Shown here in pieces: positions 45,095 to 45,649 of a stretch of 45,649 bases of DNA. The number at the start of each line of letters is the position of its first letter. Positions within the stretch are counted from its first letter, which is position 1. The position numbers and the translations under genes were made by a program. Below the pieces are notes generated by a model, which worked only from the letters and a program-made list of their open reading frames with translations, was not told the DNA's origin and ran no database searches. The DNA is from Candidatus Kuenenbacteria bacterium RIFCSPHIGHO2_02_FULL_39_13 (GTDB lineage: Bacteria > Patescibacteriota > Patescibacteriia > UBA2196 > GWA2-42-15). The DNA lies in NCBI GenBank assembly GCA_001783595.1, contig MFMW01000016.1, forward strand, positions 386 to 46,034, given 5' to 3'.

Positions 45095-45649
45095 TTAATT
45101 TTTACTCTTACTGCCCCTCCTTTTCGCGCCCTTATTTGACCTTTTGGGAATACGCAAATAAAAAACGGAACCTTTATTTTCCTGGGATTCAAACGAAATT
45201 TCCGCGCCAATCTTTTGAGCCAGCATCCTGGCGATGTTAAGCCCGAGGCCAGTGCCAGTTGGTTTCAATGTTTTCGCGTTGGAGGCGCGATAAAATCTCT
45301 CAAACATTCTATCTTGCTCCTTTTTGGGGATACCAATCCCAAAGTCGCGAACAGAAAATACTACTGCCCCTGGTTCTTCTTTAACATCCAAAATCACTTT
45401 TTGGCCAGGCATTGAATAATCAATAGCGTTAGAGAGAAAACACCCAAGAATTGATTTCAATATTTCCGGGTCAGTCTCAATAGTAAGCAGCTGATGATTT
45501 AATGGGCTTTGCAACGTTACCTTCCTCCCTTTGGCTGCCGCGGTCACTATAATTAAAACATCTTTGAAGAGAGAAGCTACTGAAATCTTTTCTTTTTTTA
45601 CGAGCGCCGTCTCACTCTCCAGCCGCAAGGTGCTCAATATATCAGAAAC
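45095..45649 (-). CDS. sensor histidine kinase, C-terminal HATPase domain (5' end beyond the window)
   Basis: N, G1 and G2 boxes (LSNAIDYS, DFGIGIP, GTGLGLNIA). The frame stays open to the window edge, and the first M in the ORF track is a TTG codon, most likely an internal Leu. Confidence 0.85.
   Translation of the reverse strand, partial: VSDILSTLRLESETALVKKEKISVASLFKDVLIIVTAAAKGRKVTLQSPLNHQLLTIETDPEILKSILGCFLSNAIDYSMPGQKVILDVKEEPGAVVFSVRDFGIGIPKKEQDRMFERFYRASNAKTLKPTGTGLGLNIARMLAQKIGAEISFESQENKGSVFYLRIPKRSNKGAKRRGSKSKN

Overview
AT-rich, gene-dense bacterial chromosome segment. It is mostly housekeeping: rpoB-rpoC, polA, infB, glyA-folD, ychF, tsaC, clpP, nusB, rnc, rpmF, hup and pilT, plus six intact tRNA genes and one tRNA fragment. 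Small accessory modules are interspersed. The gene content (bacterial Elp3, LTD surface protein, type IV pilus ATPase), the low GC and the dispersed gtcattgcgag-type palindromic repeats suggest a Patescibacteria/CPR-like organism; this is inference only.

The standout feature is a complete diversity-generating retroelement (DGR) at about 38.0-41.1 kb.
- Target gene: a GC-rich CDS (38264..39127) whose last 106 nt form a variable region (VR 39015..39120).
- Template repeat: a cognate TR lies 501 nt downstream (39516..39621). It differs from VR at 11 positions, every one an adenine in TR and every one in an AAY codon.
- Accessory genes: an Avd-like four-helix-bundle gene on the opposite strand (39673..40023) and a DGR-type reverse transcriptase with the IGNLTSQ motif (40035..41084).
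- Context: the cassette sits in a small accessory islet, next to a HEPN/MNT toxin-antitoxin pair and a decayed MNT gene, between a DHH phosphoesterase gene and infB.

Other points of interest:
- a divergent Elp3 / Trm9-like methyltransferase pair;
- a type II restriction-modification pair;
- a three-member family of about 100-130 nt palindromic intergenic repeats;
- two kinds of short repeat embedded in frame in unrelated housekeeping genes;
- a tRNA-Arg 5' half duplicate interrupted by a double-hairpin insert;
- a tRNA-Ile with a genomically encoded TAT anticodon.

No rRNA genes, CRISPR arrays or transposases were seen.
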